Assembly (NCBI GenBank): GCA_965198225.1
Contig: CBDAOY010000005.1
Location: 480,001-544,000, forward strand
Direction: 5' to 3'
Length of the DNA stretch: 64,000 bases
Source: Terriglobia bacterium
GTDB lineage: Bacteria; Acidobacteriota; Terriglobia; 20CM-2-55-15
Shown here in pieces: positions 53,061 to 63,639 of this stretch. How positions within the stretch are numbered: the stretch's first letter is position 1; each line of letters starts with the position of its first letter. The position numbers and the translations under genes were made by a program. The notes beneath the pieces are model-generated. The model did not search any database. It was not told the origin of the DNA and was given only the letters and a program-made list of their open reading frames with translations.

Positions 53061-54055
53061 CGATCGCGCACCTTCGAGGCCGGGAGAAAGCGCTGGAACC
53101 GCTGGGATGGACCGGGGCCGAGGCGGAGTGGATCGCCCTGGTCTGCCTCCATAGCGGCATCTTTACCCGGTCGCAGTTCTGCTTCTACTTCGACGTGCGG
53201 CCTAATCGCGCCCATCGCTTCGTACGGGCTTTGGTTCAGCGCGGATCGGCGGCGGAGCCCAACACGCCCCGGTATGAAGGCGCGGCGCGGGCTTGCCGAA
53301 TATTCGACAAACGGATCTACCGGGCGCTCGGGATCCAGGACGTAAAGCATCGCCGGGAAGCGACCTTCGACCTCACCCTGCGGCGGCTGCTCTCCTTCGA
53401 TTACGTCCTGGAACATCCGAACCTGCGATGGCTTCCCACCGAGGGGGAAAAGGTCGCGTGCTTTGACGGCCTCGGGATCGGCCGGGATCTCTTGCCGCGC
53501 CGGGTCTACAAGGGAGCGGCGGGGGCCCAGAAACGCTTTTTCGCGCTGAAACTTCCCATCGCCATGGACACCGAAATCGCCACGTTCATCTATGTCGATC
53601 CGGGGCATGAAACCGACAACGGGATTCGCTCTTGGGGGGGCGCGCATCGGCGGCTTTGGAACGCCCTTCTGGCGAAAGGTATCGCGGTTCGGATCGTGGC
53701 GATTGCCCGGAACCGGGAGGCGCTGGACCGGGCCGTGAAATGGTTGCGGACCTGGGCAACAACCACCCCGAAATCACAGCCCCAGGGGATGACGGCGAAG
53801 CAGGAAATCGAGCATATCACCCAGGCCATCCTTGACGGAGATTGGGCCGGGTTGGATGAGCGATATGGGGGTCTGAATCCGGCCATACAGCGGAAGGATG
53901 CACTGATGGAGAATCCGGTGCGGAACGTCGGCGAGGGGGTGTCGATTACCGACTACCGGGCCGTGTGTACCGGGCGGATCCATGTCCTGGAGAACTGGTC
54001 CGGGGCCGAGACCGAAGACGAGCCGGAGGGGACATGGCGCGTGGAGACGGTTTGA
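53057..54055 (+). CDS. Hypothetical mobile-element protein with wHTH-like N-terminus, possibly replication-relaxation type
   Basis: GWTGAEAEWIALVCLHSGIFTRSQF; coupled to the virB8-like gene via ATGA. Confidence 0.65.
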   Translation: MTIAHLRGREKALEPLGWTGAEAEWIALVCLHSGIFTRSQFCFYFDVRPNRAHRFVRALVQRGSAAEPNTPRYEGAARACRIFDKRIYRALGIQDVKHRREATFDLTLRRLLSFDYVLEHPNLRWLPTEGEKVACFDGLGIGRDLLPRRVYKGAAGAQKRFFALKLPIAMDTEIATFIYVDPGHETDNGIRSWGGAHRRLWNALLAKGIAVRIVAIARNREALDRAVKWLRTWATTTPKSQPQGMTAKQEIEHITQAILDGDWAGLDERYGGLNPAIQRKDALMENPVRNVGEGVSITDYRAVCTGRIHVLENWSGAETEDEPEGTWRVETV

Positions 54056-54399
54056 GGGTCGGGTCGGGGCCGAATCCGGGGCGATCCGGTGGAATACCCC
54101 CCCCTGTTTCCTGGAATAGGGTCAACAGCGGGGGTATTCCAGAATCCGGGTCGCGGGCATTCCAAAACCCCCTTCCATCAGGTCCCTCATTCTTCGGTTC
54201 TTATCCCCGAATACCCCGGCCCGACCGTTACGAGGCAGGAGGAGCGGAGAGGACGGGAGCGACCCCCCCTCTGGCGCGTTGTCCTGGTCATGGCTGTGGG
54301 CCCCGGTGGTGCCCCCGCCCTTTCCCCGGTGGGGGGATCGCTCCCGTCCTATTTATCCCTGCGGGAAGGCTCGGAGCCGAAGCGGGAGGCGGGAAGCGC

Positions 54400-54720
54400 C
54401 GAGGTCCCAGCAGCGCCTTGCGCGCCGCGGCGAGCACCTCCGGGGGCAGGGAACCGAGGCGCACCAGGTCGTTGGGAGAAACACTCCGCTTGCCGAAGCG
54501 CCGCACGGTGATGGCCACGCTGGGGCTGGCCGGCGGGACGCAGATGGCCACTCTTGATCCGTCATCCAGGCGGGCATCCACGATAGGCTTCTGCGCCGGG
54601 TCCAGACCCAGGGGCCGCGCAATATGGATGGCCGCGCGGGCCAGCGCCCGCCGATCGAGCGCGGGCGCCGGGTGGGGCTGGAGTTTTCCATGCGGGGCGA
54701 GTTTATCGCGCTCGAGAATC
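54400..54720 (-). pseudogene. Degenerate VirB11/CpaF ATPase fragment
   Basis: DARLDDGSRVAICVPPASPSVAITVRRFG; no Walker A region. Confidence 0.75.
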
Positions 54721-55200
54721 AGGCGCGCATTCAGGGGCGGGGCTTATGGGCGCCGCGTTAGGCCGGGCTATGCCGAACACGAAATGTTGGGGGCCTTCCC
54801 TTCCCTCTGGCCGCAATCCGCGCTGTCTCGCGCAATCCGCACACACGGTCTTGAGGGTCGGCCACCTTCGTAGGGCGGCGCCTTTGCACGGCGGACTTCC
54901 AACGCCGGGGCGAGCCAACAGGCTGCGCCTCGGCGGGTGCGCCCATCGAGTCCTTGCCCCGGCCGGAATCTCGGTTGGGTTCCGACGATGTGCCGCCGGC
55001 CGCTGGCGGGGACCGTGGCCCGGCGCACCTCTCACGCCAGACCGGGAACCCGCTCCGCGGCGTCTGTCAGTCGATGTGCTTTATGCCGGGCGGGCCTGTC
55101 CCCGTCAGCGCCCTGGCTATCCCCTTCCCGCCGGGCTTGCCTTTGTCGCCTGTCTTTGTGAACGACAAAATTCAAACCCTTTAACTCAGAAGGATCCAAC

Positions 55201-55470
55201 ATGTCTTCACAGAAACCTATCACCGAAATCCGCATCGGGGCCGTCAAGGCCACGATCTGGCGGAATGGCACCGCCGATCAGCCGCGGCACAACGTCACCT
55301 TTTCCAGACTCTACAAGGACGGCGATACCTGGAAGTCCACCCAGGGCTTCGGACGCAACGATCTCCTGTTGCTGGCGAAGGTGGCCGACCAGGCGCATTC
55401 GCGCATCTTCCAGCTCCCGCTTCCCGACGGCGCCGAAGCCACCCCGGAGGACGACACCCCAGTGGCATAA
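55201..55470 (+). CDS. Small conserved-type protein, possibly ssDNA-binding
   Basis: EIRIGAVKATIWRN...NVTFSRLYKDGDTWKST..FGRNDL, acidic tail; AAGGA RBS. Confidence 0.7.
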   Translation: MSSQKPITEIRIGAVKATIWRNGTADQPRHNVTFSRLYKDGDTWKSTQGFGRNDLLLLAKVADQAHSRIFQLPLPDGAEATPEDDTPVA

Positions 55471-55480
55471 CCCAACGCGG

Positions 55481-55509
55481 CTGCGGCGGGGATCACGCCC
55501 CGCCGCAGC
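55481..55509 (+). terminator. GC-rich hairpin after the small gene
   Basis: CTGCGGCGGGG-ATCACG-CCCCGCCGCAG; no U-tract. Confidence 0.4.
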
Positions 55510-55823
55510 TATGGCGCTGTCAGGGTCCACGGCTATCGCTCGCTTTGCAAGGGAGGCTACTGATGGTCGATGAGCAATTCGGAAAACTGGCAGCGATGCG
55601 CAGGGTCGACCACATTAAAGCTCTCGGCGTCGCCGTCGCTTTGATCCGAGCTTACACCGACAAATTCATTGCCACAGAACTGAAGCAGGTTGCCAGGCGC
55701 TGGGGACGTCGGTTTCTGGGCGAAGCGTTGCTTCTCAAGAGCTCCGACGCCGACAAAAACTTATTCTTAGCGGACCCGCGCTGGCCAGCGAAGAACGATA
55801 ACAATAAGAGGAATTTTAAAGAC

Positions 55824-56756
55824 ATGCGCGATAAATCAAAACCTGATCTCTCGCTGGTGCCACCCCAGGCCCGGCATCACTTCACTTTGGCCGATCAGGT
55901 GGACCAGTTAGTCGCGGCCAGCGAAGCGGACGCCGATATAGGTTTCATGGCGCGGCTGCTCTCGCTGTGCAGCCTGCCCCGCACCAACCCCGGTGACCAG
56001 AAGGAATACAAGCGGATCAATGGGCCGTACACTCTCTACATGAACGCTACGGCAAACAACAAACTCCCCTACGGAAATCTCCCCCGCTTGATCCTCGCGT
56101 GGCTATGTACCGAGGTGGTAAAGACACAAAGCCGCGAGATCGTTCTAGGAAAGTCGCTGGCCGAGTTCATGCGCAAGCTAGGGATCGGCAGTGACAGCGG
56201 CGGGAGCCGGGGCGAGGGCACCCGCCTCCGCAATCAAATGAAGCGGCTGTTTCATTGCACGGTCTCACTGATCTCCGAGCACGCGCACGGGGAGCGATTT
56301 GTCACATCGCCCATTGCCGACCGGGGTGAATTCTGGTGGGATCCGACACGGTCCGATGAGCGCCCACTGTGGAGTAGCAAAATCCGCATCGGTGAGGATT
56401 TTTTCAACCAGATCATCAGCCACCCCGTGCCGATCGACATGAACACCCTGAAGGCGCTCAAGCGTTCCTCGGTGGGCTTGGACATGTACCTGTGGCTAGT
56501 GTATCGAACCTTCTCTCTCACGAGGCCACTATCCCTCTCATGGCGTCAGATATACCGCCAATTCGGCGCAGATCCAGCCAACGCCACCGACAAATTCGCC
56601 GTCCGCAGCTTCCGTGAAAAGGCGCTACGCGAGTTGAATAAGATCAAGACGGCATGGCCGGGACTGAACTATGGGACGGCCAGGGGCGTATTGATCCTGT
56701 ACCCCTCAAAGTCCGCGATCCCTCCAGCACCCAAGCCATTGCGGCTTGCGGAATAG
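55824..56756 (+). CDS. repA: Plasmid replication initiator RepA (RepA_C type)
   Basis: CSLPRTNPG, LPYGNLPRLILAW, RLRNQMKRLF and LDMYLWLVYR. Confidence 0.88.
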   Translation: MRDKSKPDLSLVPPQARHHFTLADQVDQLVAASEADADIGFMARLLSLCSLPRTNPGDQKEYKRINGPYTLYMNATANNKLPYGNLPRLILAWLCTEVVKTQSREIVLGKSLAEFMRKLGIGSDSGGSRGEGTRLRNQMKRLFHCTVSLISEHAHGERFVTSPIADRGEFWWDPTRSDERPLWSSKIRIGEDFFNQIISHPVPIDMNTLKALKRSSVGLDMYLWLVYRTFSLTRPLSLSWRQIYRQFGADPANATDKFAVRSFREKALRELNKIKTAWPGLNYGTARGVLILYPSKSAIPPAPKPLRLAE

Positions 56757-56890
56757 CGGTTTCTTGTCTTCTCAGCGCCCCGTCATTACTTTCTTCCGCC
56801 AAGCCGGTCAACGTCCTCCCAATCTCAAAATTGTCAGAATCAGTAAACAACATATTTCCACAGGCTTATGTTCATTTTCGCGGTTTTCCA

Positions 56891-56979
56891 CGCTGAAGTG
56901 GGGTCACTAATCCACCCTGATTTCCGCTGAAACAGGGTCACTAATCCACCCTGATTTCCGCTGAAACAGGGTCACTAAT
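56891..56979. repeat. 34-bp tandem repeats (~2.6 copies), iteron-like
   Basis: GGGTCACTAATCCACCCTGATTTCCGCTGAAACA twice plus partial copies, followed by an AT-rich tract. Confidence 0.8.
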
Positions 56980-57118
56980 ACATATAGAAGACAAGTAATA
57001 AGATTCTTCATGTATTAGGAACGGCGGGATCTGTTGAAAACAAGGAGATAAATTCAAAGAAACCGAAATCATGGAAAAGAGGGACAGCTAGGTCCAGGAA
57101 GACCATCGAGACACTCTG

Positions 57119-57415
57119 TTAGTGCAGAAGCTCCCGATCTCGCATATCCAGTAGTGCCCCAACCGCGTACAGCGTCTCAATCTGAGCATTCAGCGCGGCC
57201 GGGTCGGCCACCCGGAGCGTGTCAACTAATTCGCGTAAGAGCCCCGGCCCCAACCCACAAACATTCAAGGCAGCATCGACATGAACACAGTCAGGGCAAA
57301 GTGTCATTCCCGACCCGATGTTTTTACCCGTGACGCCGCACAGCGTAATCGACTGGGTGGACGACTCGCCCACCCAGTCGACGCGCAGGTGGTAATACAG
57401 TTCCGGATTTTCCAT
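57119..57415 (-). CDS. Hypothetical small protein with possible Zn ligands
   Basis: H...TLCG...CPDC pattern. Confidence 0.4.
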   Translation of the reverse strand: MENPELYYHLRVDWVGESSTQSITLCGVTGKNIGSGMTLCPDCVHVDAALNVCGLGPGLLRELVDTLRVADPAALNAQIETLYAVGALLDMRDRELLH

Positions 57416-57780
57416 TGGACTTACAGATTACCTCATGACTAGGCCGAGGCCGCAATCCAGTGTTAATACAGTCGCGGCTCAGCTCAAACGAAGTTCGGCG
57501 AGGTCCAAAGACAAAAGTTCGTACGCGAAGCTGCTTCATCTGACAATGAGACCGAAAGATTTCTCGCGTTCGTGGAGGATCGAATCAAGAAAGGAAGCCT
57601 CCCGACGGTCGGGAGGTTCGCTCCCTTTTTCCTTGTCGGTTCGCGCACGAGATCACTATCCTCGAAGGGAACACGAATCGTCGCAAATGAGCCCGTGCGT
57701 GCTCGAACAGTCCGGCGGAACTGGGTCGGCTGGACTGGTTTCGGAGCGGCGTCGATGAGCTCCATTTTGACTCCCAAAAT

Positions 57781-58338
57781 GTGAGGTTTAGATCAGTGCA
57801 CCCACTCTGCTTCTTACTCTGTTCGGATCGCTTCTGGACCAAACCAGTTGCAGCCATGTACGACCACCAGGTAACTCTCGTTGAAGACGCAGTTCTGTCG
57901 CTGGCCGAGGGCATGCCGGCTGAGGCCTACGACTTTGCTCCGACCAGTGGAGAGTTCGCCGGCGTTCGAAGCTTCGGCGAACAGGTGAAGCACGTCGCGA
58001 CGATGATCTACATGACGGGTGCGGTTGTCATGGAGGAGGAATCACCCTACCGCCCCGGCACTCACAACAACGGTCCGGACGACGTTAGATCCAAGGATGA
58101 GATCATCGCGTTTCTCAAAGGGTCGCTGGCGTAGGCACGCCGGGCCATGGCTTCCCTGACCGTTGAGAATCCTTTGTATCCGGTACCGTCCGTTTTTGGC
58201 CGGAGGCCTCGGTCGGAAGCGGCTGCGGGGGTGGCATACCACAGTTTCGACCACTACGGGCAGATGGTAGTGTACGCGCGCATGAACGGGATTGTGCCAC
58301 CGGCGATCGTGCCGACAGGCGACGAAGGTGTACGGTAG
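57781..58338 (+). pseudogene. DinB-family protein with in-frame TAG at 58132-58134
   Basis: AEGMPAEAYDFAP..RSFGEQVKH and HSFDHYGQMVVYARMNGIVPP. Confidence 0.85.
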
Positions 58339-58896
58339 GCTATAAACCGAACTAACTGGAAGCCTCGACGTCGACCGGGACCGTTTCAAAGACCAACTCT
58401 CCGTCCGCTCCAGCTTCAACGAGGACGTGTGAAGCCGCGGGAATCTTGCCTTCGAGAATTTCGACTGAATGGAATGCATAAAGGAGCGGTTACGCATTCT
58501 ACAGCCTGACCTGCACCTTCGCTTCAGGCGCATGATCCGTGCGGGCCCAATTGAAACAGTCTCTGGAGGCTGTCATTTTCCTTTTGCAAATCACCCTCCA
58601 TGCCTGACGGCTCCGTCTGTGAATCGCCCGATCGTCAGCGCCGGGTTAAGGCCTTTTGGCCAGTCGGGTTTCAGGGAACAGACTTCCTTGCTGTTCAACT
58701 GCCCCTTTCCGACGGACACCATGTGTCCCTGCCTTCTCCGTAACTGGGAAGAATGAGCCATCCTGCATAAACAAAACAGATTTGTTCCGATCGGTGAAGT
58801 TATCGGCGAACTGGACGTGACGGTGACGGCGATCCCTCCGGCTCAGCAGCTTTCGCTTGCAGAGTAAGCTCCGCCGCTTCACTCTACGAACGAAAG

Positions 58897-59376
58897 ATGA
58901 AGCCGAGGATATCCATCGGAACTTGCCAGAGGGCGGTTTCTATCGTTGAAAGGGCGAGGCAGACCGTCGATGTCGGCATCCCTGTAATGATCCGTGGGGA
59001 GGAGGTCCTCATCACCCGAGGCCTCCGGGTCCAGGAGAAGCACTGGGTCTGCGGAGATATCCGGCTTTCGCGCGTCAGCCAGGAAGAGCTTACCCGGAAG
59101 GCGCACGCCATCATTGCAGAAGACGAACGCCAGTTCCTCGAGCGGTTTCCTCCTCGCCCGCCAACGATATCCATCCAGGAGTGCCAGGAAGCGATTGAGA
59201 TAGCCGGGGCCATTTCCATCACCCTTCGGGGCGAGGAGATGCGGATCACCGAGCTCGCCACCCGGGATATCAGCAAGTGGGTCAGCGGAGATATCCGGTT
59301 CACGCCCAAAGAGAAAGAACTCCTCACCAACCAGGCCCGCGCCATCATTGCGGGCAAGGACATGGCATCCGAATAA
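58897..59376 (+). CDS. Hypothetical protein with an internal duplication
   Basis: Two ISI..CQ.A..I...RGEE..IT...WV.GDIR......ELT..A.AIIA units. Confidence 0.7.
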   Translation: MKPRISIGTCQRAVSIVERARQTVDVGIPVMIRGEEVLITRGLRVQEKHWVCGDIRLSRVSQEELTRKAHAIIAEDERQFLERFPPRPPTISIQECQEAIEIAGAISITLRGEEMRITELATRDISKWVSGDIRFTPKEKELLTNQARAIIAGKDMASE

Positions 59377-59514
59377 CCCATTTCCGGCCCTCAGAGGCCT
59401 TTTCGCCCCGTGTTGGGCCTCTGGGTTGTTCTTCAATCGTCAGAAGCGCCACCGCACTCGATCTCCAACAGCAAAGCCAGGAAGCGGTCCAGCACTAAAG
59501 TTAGGATAGCCGAT

Positions 59515-59787
59515 TCAAGGCTTGAGGATTTGCGCGATTAGAGGCTTTCCGCGGGAATGAAAGAGCAAGTCGAGCGCTTCTTCAAGAAGCTTCTGGACAC
59601 TGCTGTTTTCTTCCACCGCCAAGTGACGTAGTTGCGTCGAGACGGCGGGGTCAAAATAGCCACCAACGTGCTTACTCCGGTTGCGTCCACTGCGTGACCG
59701 CGCGGCGGGAGTGGCGGCGGGAGTCACGGACTCCTGGGCGGTCTGAAGCGCTTTCGCGAACTTGTTGGCCATTGGATTGAACTCCAT
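59515..59787 (-). CDS. ParG-like ribbon-helix-helix partition protein
   Basis: KHVGGYFDPAVSTQLRHLAVEENSSVQKLLEEAL; directly downstream of parA. Confidence 0.8.
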   Translation of the reverse strand: MEFNPMANKFAKALQTAQESVTPAATPAARSRSGRNRSKHVGGYFDPAVSTQLRHLAVEENSSVQKLLEEALDLLFHSRGKPLIAQILKP

Positions 59788-59790
59788 TGT

Positions 59791-60423
59791 TTATGATGTC
59801 CTGAATGTGTGAACACGCTCAACTATGCACTCGTGCAAATGTTCAGCTTCGGTAGCGGCCTTTCCCCCTGGCTCAAATTCTTGGGCCGCTTGGCCGCTAA
59901 TCAACGCCCGTGCAAACGCCACGCGGTTGCCGAGCCTCACGGGACAGACTTCGACGGCGAGGTCTGCGATCGCATCGGCAGCTTGAGTGGCATCCTGCCC
60001 CAGAGGGGCCACTGCATTGAGCACCACATAAACAGGTGTTTCTGCGGTGCGAACGAAATGTAGTGTTTTCGAAATTGCCTCCAGATCCAAAATCGCGGGC
60101 CGGCAGGGGATCACCACAAGATCGGCGGCTTTAGCTGCCTCTAGCGCTGCGCTGTCAGAATGGGGGGCCGTGTCTAGGTAAAGGATTTCACCGCCCGTCT
60201 CCTCCACACGAGTAGCCTCATGGCGGAGGCGGCTCGCGTGGGCCGAGAGCACCACGGGCAGTTCGTCTCGGCGGCGGTCAGCCCAATTGGCAGCGGAGGC
60301 TTGGGGGTCGAGGTCGATCACTGCCGTATTGCGCCCAGCCCTTGCGGAAGCCACAGCCATGTGCAGCGCAATTGTTGTTTTTCCGGACCCACCTTTTTGG
60401 CTGACAATGGCGATTGTCTTCAC
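59791..60423 (-). CDS. parA: ParA family ATPase (short type Ib)
   Basis: QKGGSGKTT, IDLDPQ and DTAP. Confidence 0.93.
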   Translation of the reverse strand: MKTIAIVSQKGGSGKTTIALHMAVASARAGRNTAVIDLDPQASAANWADRRRDELPVVLSAHASRLRHEATRVEETGGEILYLDTAPHSDSAALEAAKAADLVVIPCRPAILDLEAISKTLHFVRTAETPVYVVLNAVAPLGQDATQAADAIADLAVEVCPVRLGNRVAFARALISGQAAQEFEPGGKAATEAEHLHECIVERVHTFRTS

Positions 60424-60743
60424 GAGATGGACTCCATGTTTGCTGGATTGAACATATGCACAATATCAAGTATACCAATCTGCAGGTGTGAGCCATAGCA
60501 CGTGTGCAGGATTTAAGCGGTGGTGCGTTGCTGTGGGCCAGTCCCGCGATCCACCGCTGACGGGCAGCGTCCACGGCCCACTGGGGGCCAGCTTCGCCGT
60601 GCCGGCGACGAGATCACGTCCAACATGGCCGAGCGCCGCAAGGATGCCCAGGTGGCCCGCGAGGTCAAGGTCGCGCAGGGTCATGGTTAGCGTGTAGGGA
60701 CCGTTGTAAAGGAGGTTATGAGGTTATGAACGAAAAGGTTGTA

Positions 60744-61026
60744 TGAACTAAGCCGCAGGCGCTCGGATGCTACATGTGTGGTATGGTCTGGTGCGATCAG
60801 ACGATGAAGGTATTTCGCAAATCACGCCCCAACGTGAGTCACTTTTCGACACAAAGTCGTAAGCCGTTCATTAAAAGCCGGTTAAAATTGAAAACCCATA
60901 GGCGCTGGCCCGCATCCTCTTAACGCGCCTCCGGCTCACTTCAAACCATTCTATCCGACATCGCCCGGCATCATTTTCTGTCACTGTCGGTGCCTGACGA
61001 TCTCCGATAGAATCATGGCGTTTATC
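60744..61026. repeat. 283-bp direct repeat, copy 2
   Basis: Near-identical to 40761-41043. Confidence 0.95.
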
Positions 61027-61692
61027 GTTCATGTCCAGCCCGGCCCGCCACTCTTCCGGAAATCATATAATGCCGGATCACTCCCTCACATCGGGTAAAA
61101 TCACCCCCGGCCCCATGCCTTCCAAACCTACTTGGTTTCACCGACTTGGGGAAATCCTCGACGTCCTTCGCGACATGGACACGAGCCAACTCGACCGCCA
61201 GGGGTTCGATCCAACTCATAACACTGCCCACCGCATCGAGATTCCCACGGGTTTGCTGGGGAGCGCGTCGCATGGGGCGCAGGTTTCTGGCAATCAGCGC
61301 AGTCGAAGAGGCCCCAAAACGCCCCTTGTAAAATGGTGGGGAGTCCTTTTACGTTATCGAAATCAACCGGCGCCATGAAACCGAGATCGGGACCCGCTAC
61401 GCGGTCCGCGACCTAACGGTTTACCTGATCGGCAATGGTGAAGTGGTGCCGCACCTGGGGCGAAGAGGAAAGGGGCGCCGTCACCGGCACTGCCAGCTCG
61501 CCGACAACTTCACCGATGGGAACCAATCCGTCTCGTTTACGCTGCATGGCATTTCGTCATTTTCCAGTGGTCCCGGACAAGACAGTGTCGCCAGGCAGCA
61601 GGCGATTTAACAGAGACTTGGGACGGAGAGTTTCAAGGCGAAGCAGAGTTTGGCCTCAGGTTATCAGGGAGGAGGTGCTGCTGGAGATATTG

Positions 61693-63639
61693 TCAAGTTG
61701 AGCCGCTTGTGGACACAGCGGTCCGATCATTTTCGCCTTCATCTATGTTCCCGACTAGCGATGAAGGGACGCGCCGCCGAATCCTCCACATACGATAGGC
61801 CACCCACGCCGACAAGGAAACGCAGACTACCCCTACCTGTACGATGGGGGGATCTTCGTTGGGCTCTCCCACGTTTTCGCCTAAAAGTATTCCGAGAAAG
61901 AAAAAAAGCGGGAGAGCGGCCAGCGCCAACCGTATGAGTGTTCTGTTGAATCTTCCCAACTTGGAAGAAGTGGCAGTGCCCCAAAGCTCGGCCCCAATAC
62001 TGAGGTCCCTTTGAAGGGCCCATGATAGTTCCATGAGATCGCGATACTGAGTCAGTTCGCGAATGAGAGGATCGACCTGACGCAGGGCGAGTGGAGGTCG
62101 CCGCTCCAGATAGCGGCGGACGAAACGATACTCGTAGACGTGGAGTTCCAGTGCCGCAGCCGAAGCATCCTCCACGGCGGAGACACCGTACTTCTTGGCC
62201 AGGGAGAGCACACCCAGGATGCGGCGGACCGCAGCTTCCCCTTGTCGGCGGTGAATGGCGTCACAGAGTGTGCCGATGTGGGTGCCAGCGCGGCGGGCTC
62301 GGGCCAGCAGTTGCACCGTCGTTAACGGGGTTTTCTTCGGGTTGTCTTCAGCACGGACACGGTATCCACCCCGCTTCTGGCGGACATGCTCGCGGAGGAG
62401 TGGATAGGTGTTTGGGTCCAGGATCCGGACGTGAAGCGTGTCCCACTGGACCTTGACACCCCGTCCGATCCAGCCCGGCGGTACACTGTAATAGGCGGCT
62501 TCGACTTCGACGCAACCGTCGAGATGGACGACACGTTCACCGAATTGGTAATAGCGAAACGGTTCGATCGGCAGCGGCTTAAGAGATGGTTTCTCTTCGG
62601 CGAACATGGCCGCCACCTGCCGCTTGGTCGTGCCGTGGATGCGGGTGTCGGCCCATCGGACTTCCCAGCGATCCAGATACCCCTGGGCCTGGTCGAGGCT
62701 CTCGAAGCGCTGTCCCTTCAATGGGGTCTTCTGGGCGTGCCCGACACCGGATTCGACTTTGCCTTTGCGGTCTGGATCGCGCACCCGGCATGGCATGGCC
62801 ACCACGCCGTAATGGGTCAGGACATCTCGAAACAACGGATTCAGGGTGGGGTCGTAATGGTCCGGGACGATCACGCCTTCGCGCAGGTTATCCAGCACGA
62901 TGAGGCGGGGAGTGCCGCCGAGTCGGCGGAACGCGGTCTCGTGCAACTGGGCCCAGATGCGGGAACTGGACTTGAACGTCAGCAGCCGGACCGATTTGCG
63001 GCTGTAGCCCAACGTCATCACGAACAGCCGCGTCCGTCGGTACTTGCCCGTCTTCGGATCCCGGACCATCGGTCCGGTCCCGTAGTCGACCTGCGCTTCC
63101 TCTCCAGCTCCGGTCTGGATGATTCCGACCGCTTCCGGGGATCGCACTCCCCGGAGTTTGCGAACGAAACGCTTGACCGATTCGTAGCTGCCGACAAAAC
63201 CGTGATCCGTGACCAGGTCCTGCCAGATCGCCATCGCGTTGCGGCCACGCTCCAGCGCCTGTTGGATGGTCTCCCGGTACGGCTCGCAGGAACTGCCCGA
63301 CGGTGGGCTTGGAGGGGGAGCCGACGACTCTGCCGAGACCGGATTCTCGGCCTCCGGGTCGGTGGTCACTTCGTTGGCCGGTTTTGAAGTATCGGAACCG
63401 CCAAACCCCTCAACGACACCATTTACGCCGTCCGGGTCGGTGGTCACCTCGTTGGCCGGTTTTGCCGGTCGCCGGCCCCAACTCCCGGGCGGCCGAATGG
63501 GGATTCCGGCCGCTCTCAGATACGCACTGGCCGTCTCACGACGCACGCCGGTGGTCTGTTCGATCCGACGCAGCGGCCATCCAAGCCGCCCCAATGCAAC
63601 AACTTGCTCTCTCTTTTCTGTGCTCAAGACATTGCTCAT
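61693..63639 (-). CDS. istA: IS21 transposase IstA reading through into unrelated sequence; istB absent
   Basis: EEAQVDYG, LFVMTLGYSR, DNLREG and KGKVESGV; similarity ends near LIRELTQYRDL (~62035). Confidence 0.9.
   Translation of the reverse strand: MSNVLSTEKREQVVALGRLGWPLRRIEQTTGVRRETASAYLRAAGIPIRPPGSWGRRPAKPANEVTTDPDGVNGVVEGFGGSDTSKPANEVTTDPEAENPVSAESSAPPPSPPSGSSCEPYRETIQQALERGRNAMAIWQDLVTDHGFVGSYESVKRFVRKLRGVRSPEAVGIIQTGAGEEAQVDYGTGPMVRDPKTGKYRRTRLFVMTLGYSRKSVRLLTFKSSSRIWAQLHETAFRRLGGTPRLIVLDNLREGVIVPDHYDPTLNPLFRDVLTHYGVVAMPCRVRDPDRKGKVESGVGHAQKTPLKGQRFESLDQAQGYLDRWEVRWADTRIHGTTKRQVAAMFAEEKPSLKPLPIEPFRYYQFGERVVHLDGCVEVEAAYYSVPPGWIGRGVKVQWDTLHVRILDPNTYPLLREHVRQKRGGYRVRAEDNPKKTPLTTVQLLARARRAGTHIGTLCDAIHRRQGEAAVRRILGVLSLAKKYGVSAVEDASAAALELHVYEYRFVRRYLERRPPLALRQVDPLIRELTQYRDLMELSWALQRDLSIGAELWGTATSSKLGRFNRTLIRLALAALPLFFFLGILLGENVGEPNEDPPIVQVGVVCVSLSAWVAYRMWRIRRRVPSSLVGNIDEGENDRTAVSTSGST

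Noticed and set aside
56891-56979. 34-bp repeats as a mini-CRISPR
   Set aside because: Head-to-tail repeats without spacers, located next to repA
58132-58134. TAG read-through (pyrrolysine or recoding) in the DinB gene
   Set aside because: TAG ends many normal genes here, the site is one change from a Tyr codon, and the gene's 5' end also looks degraded
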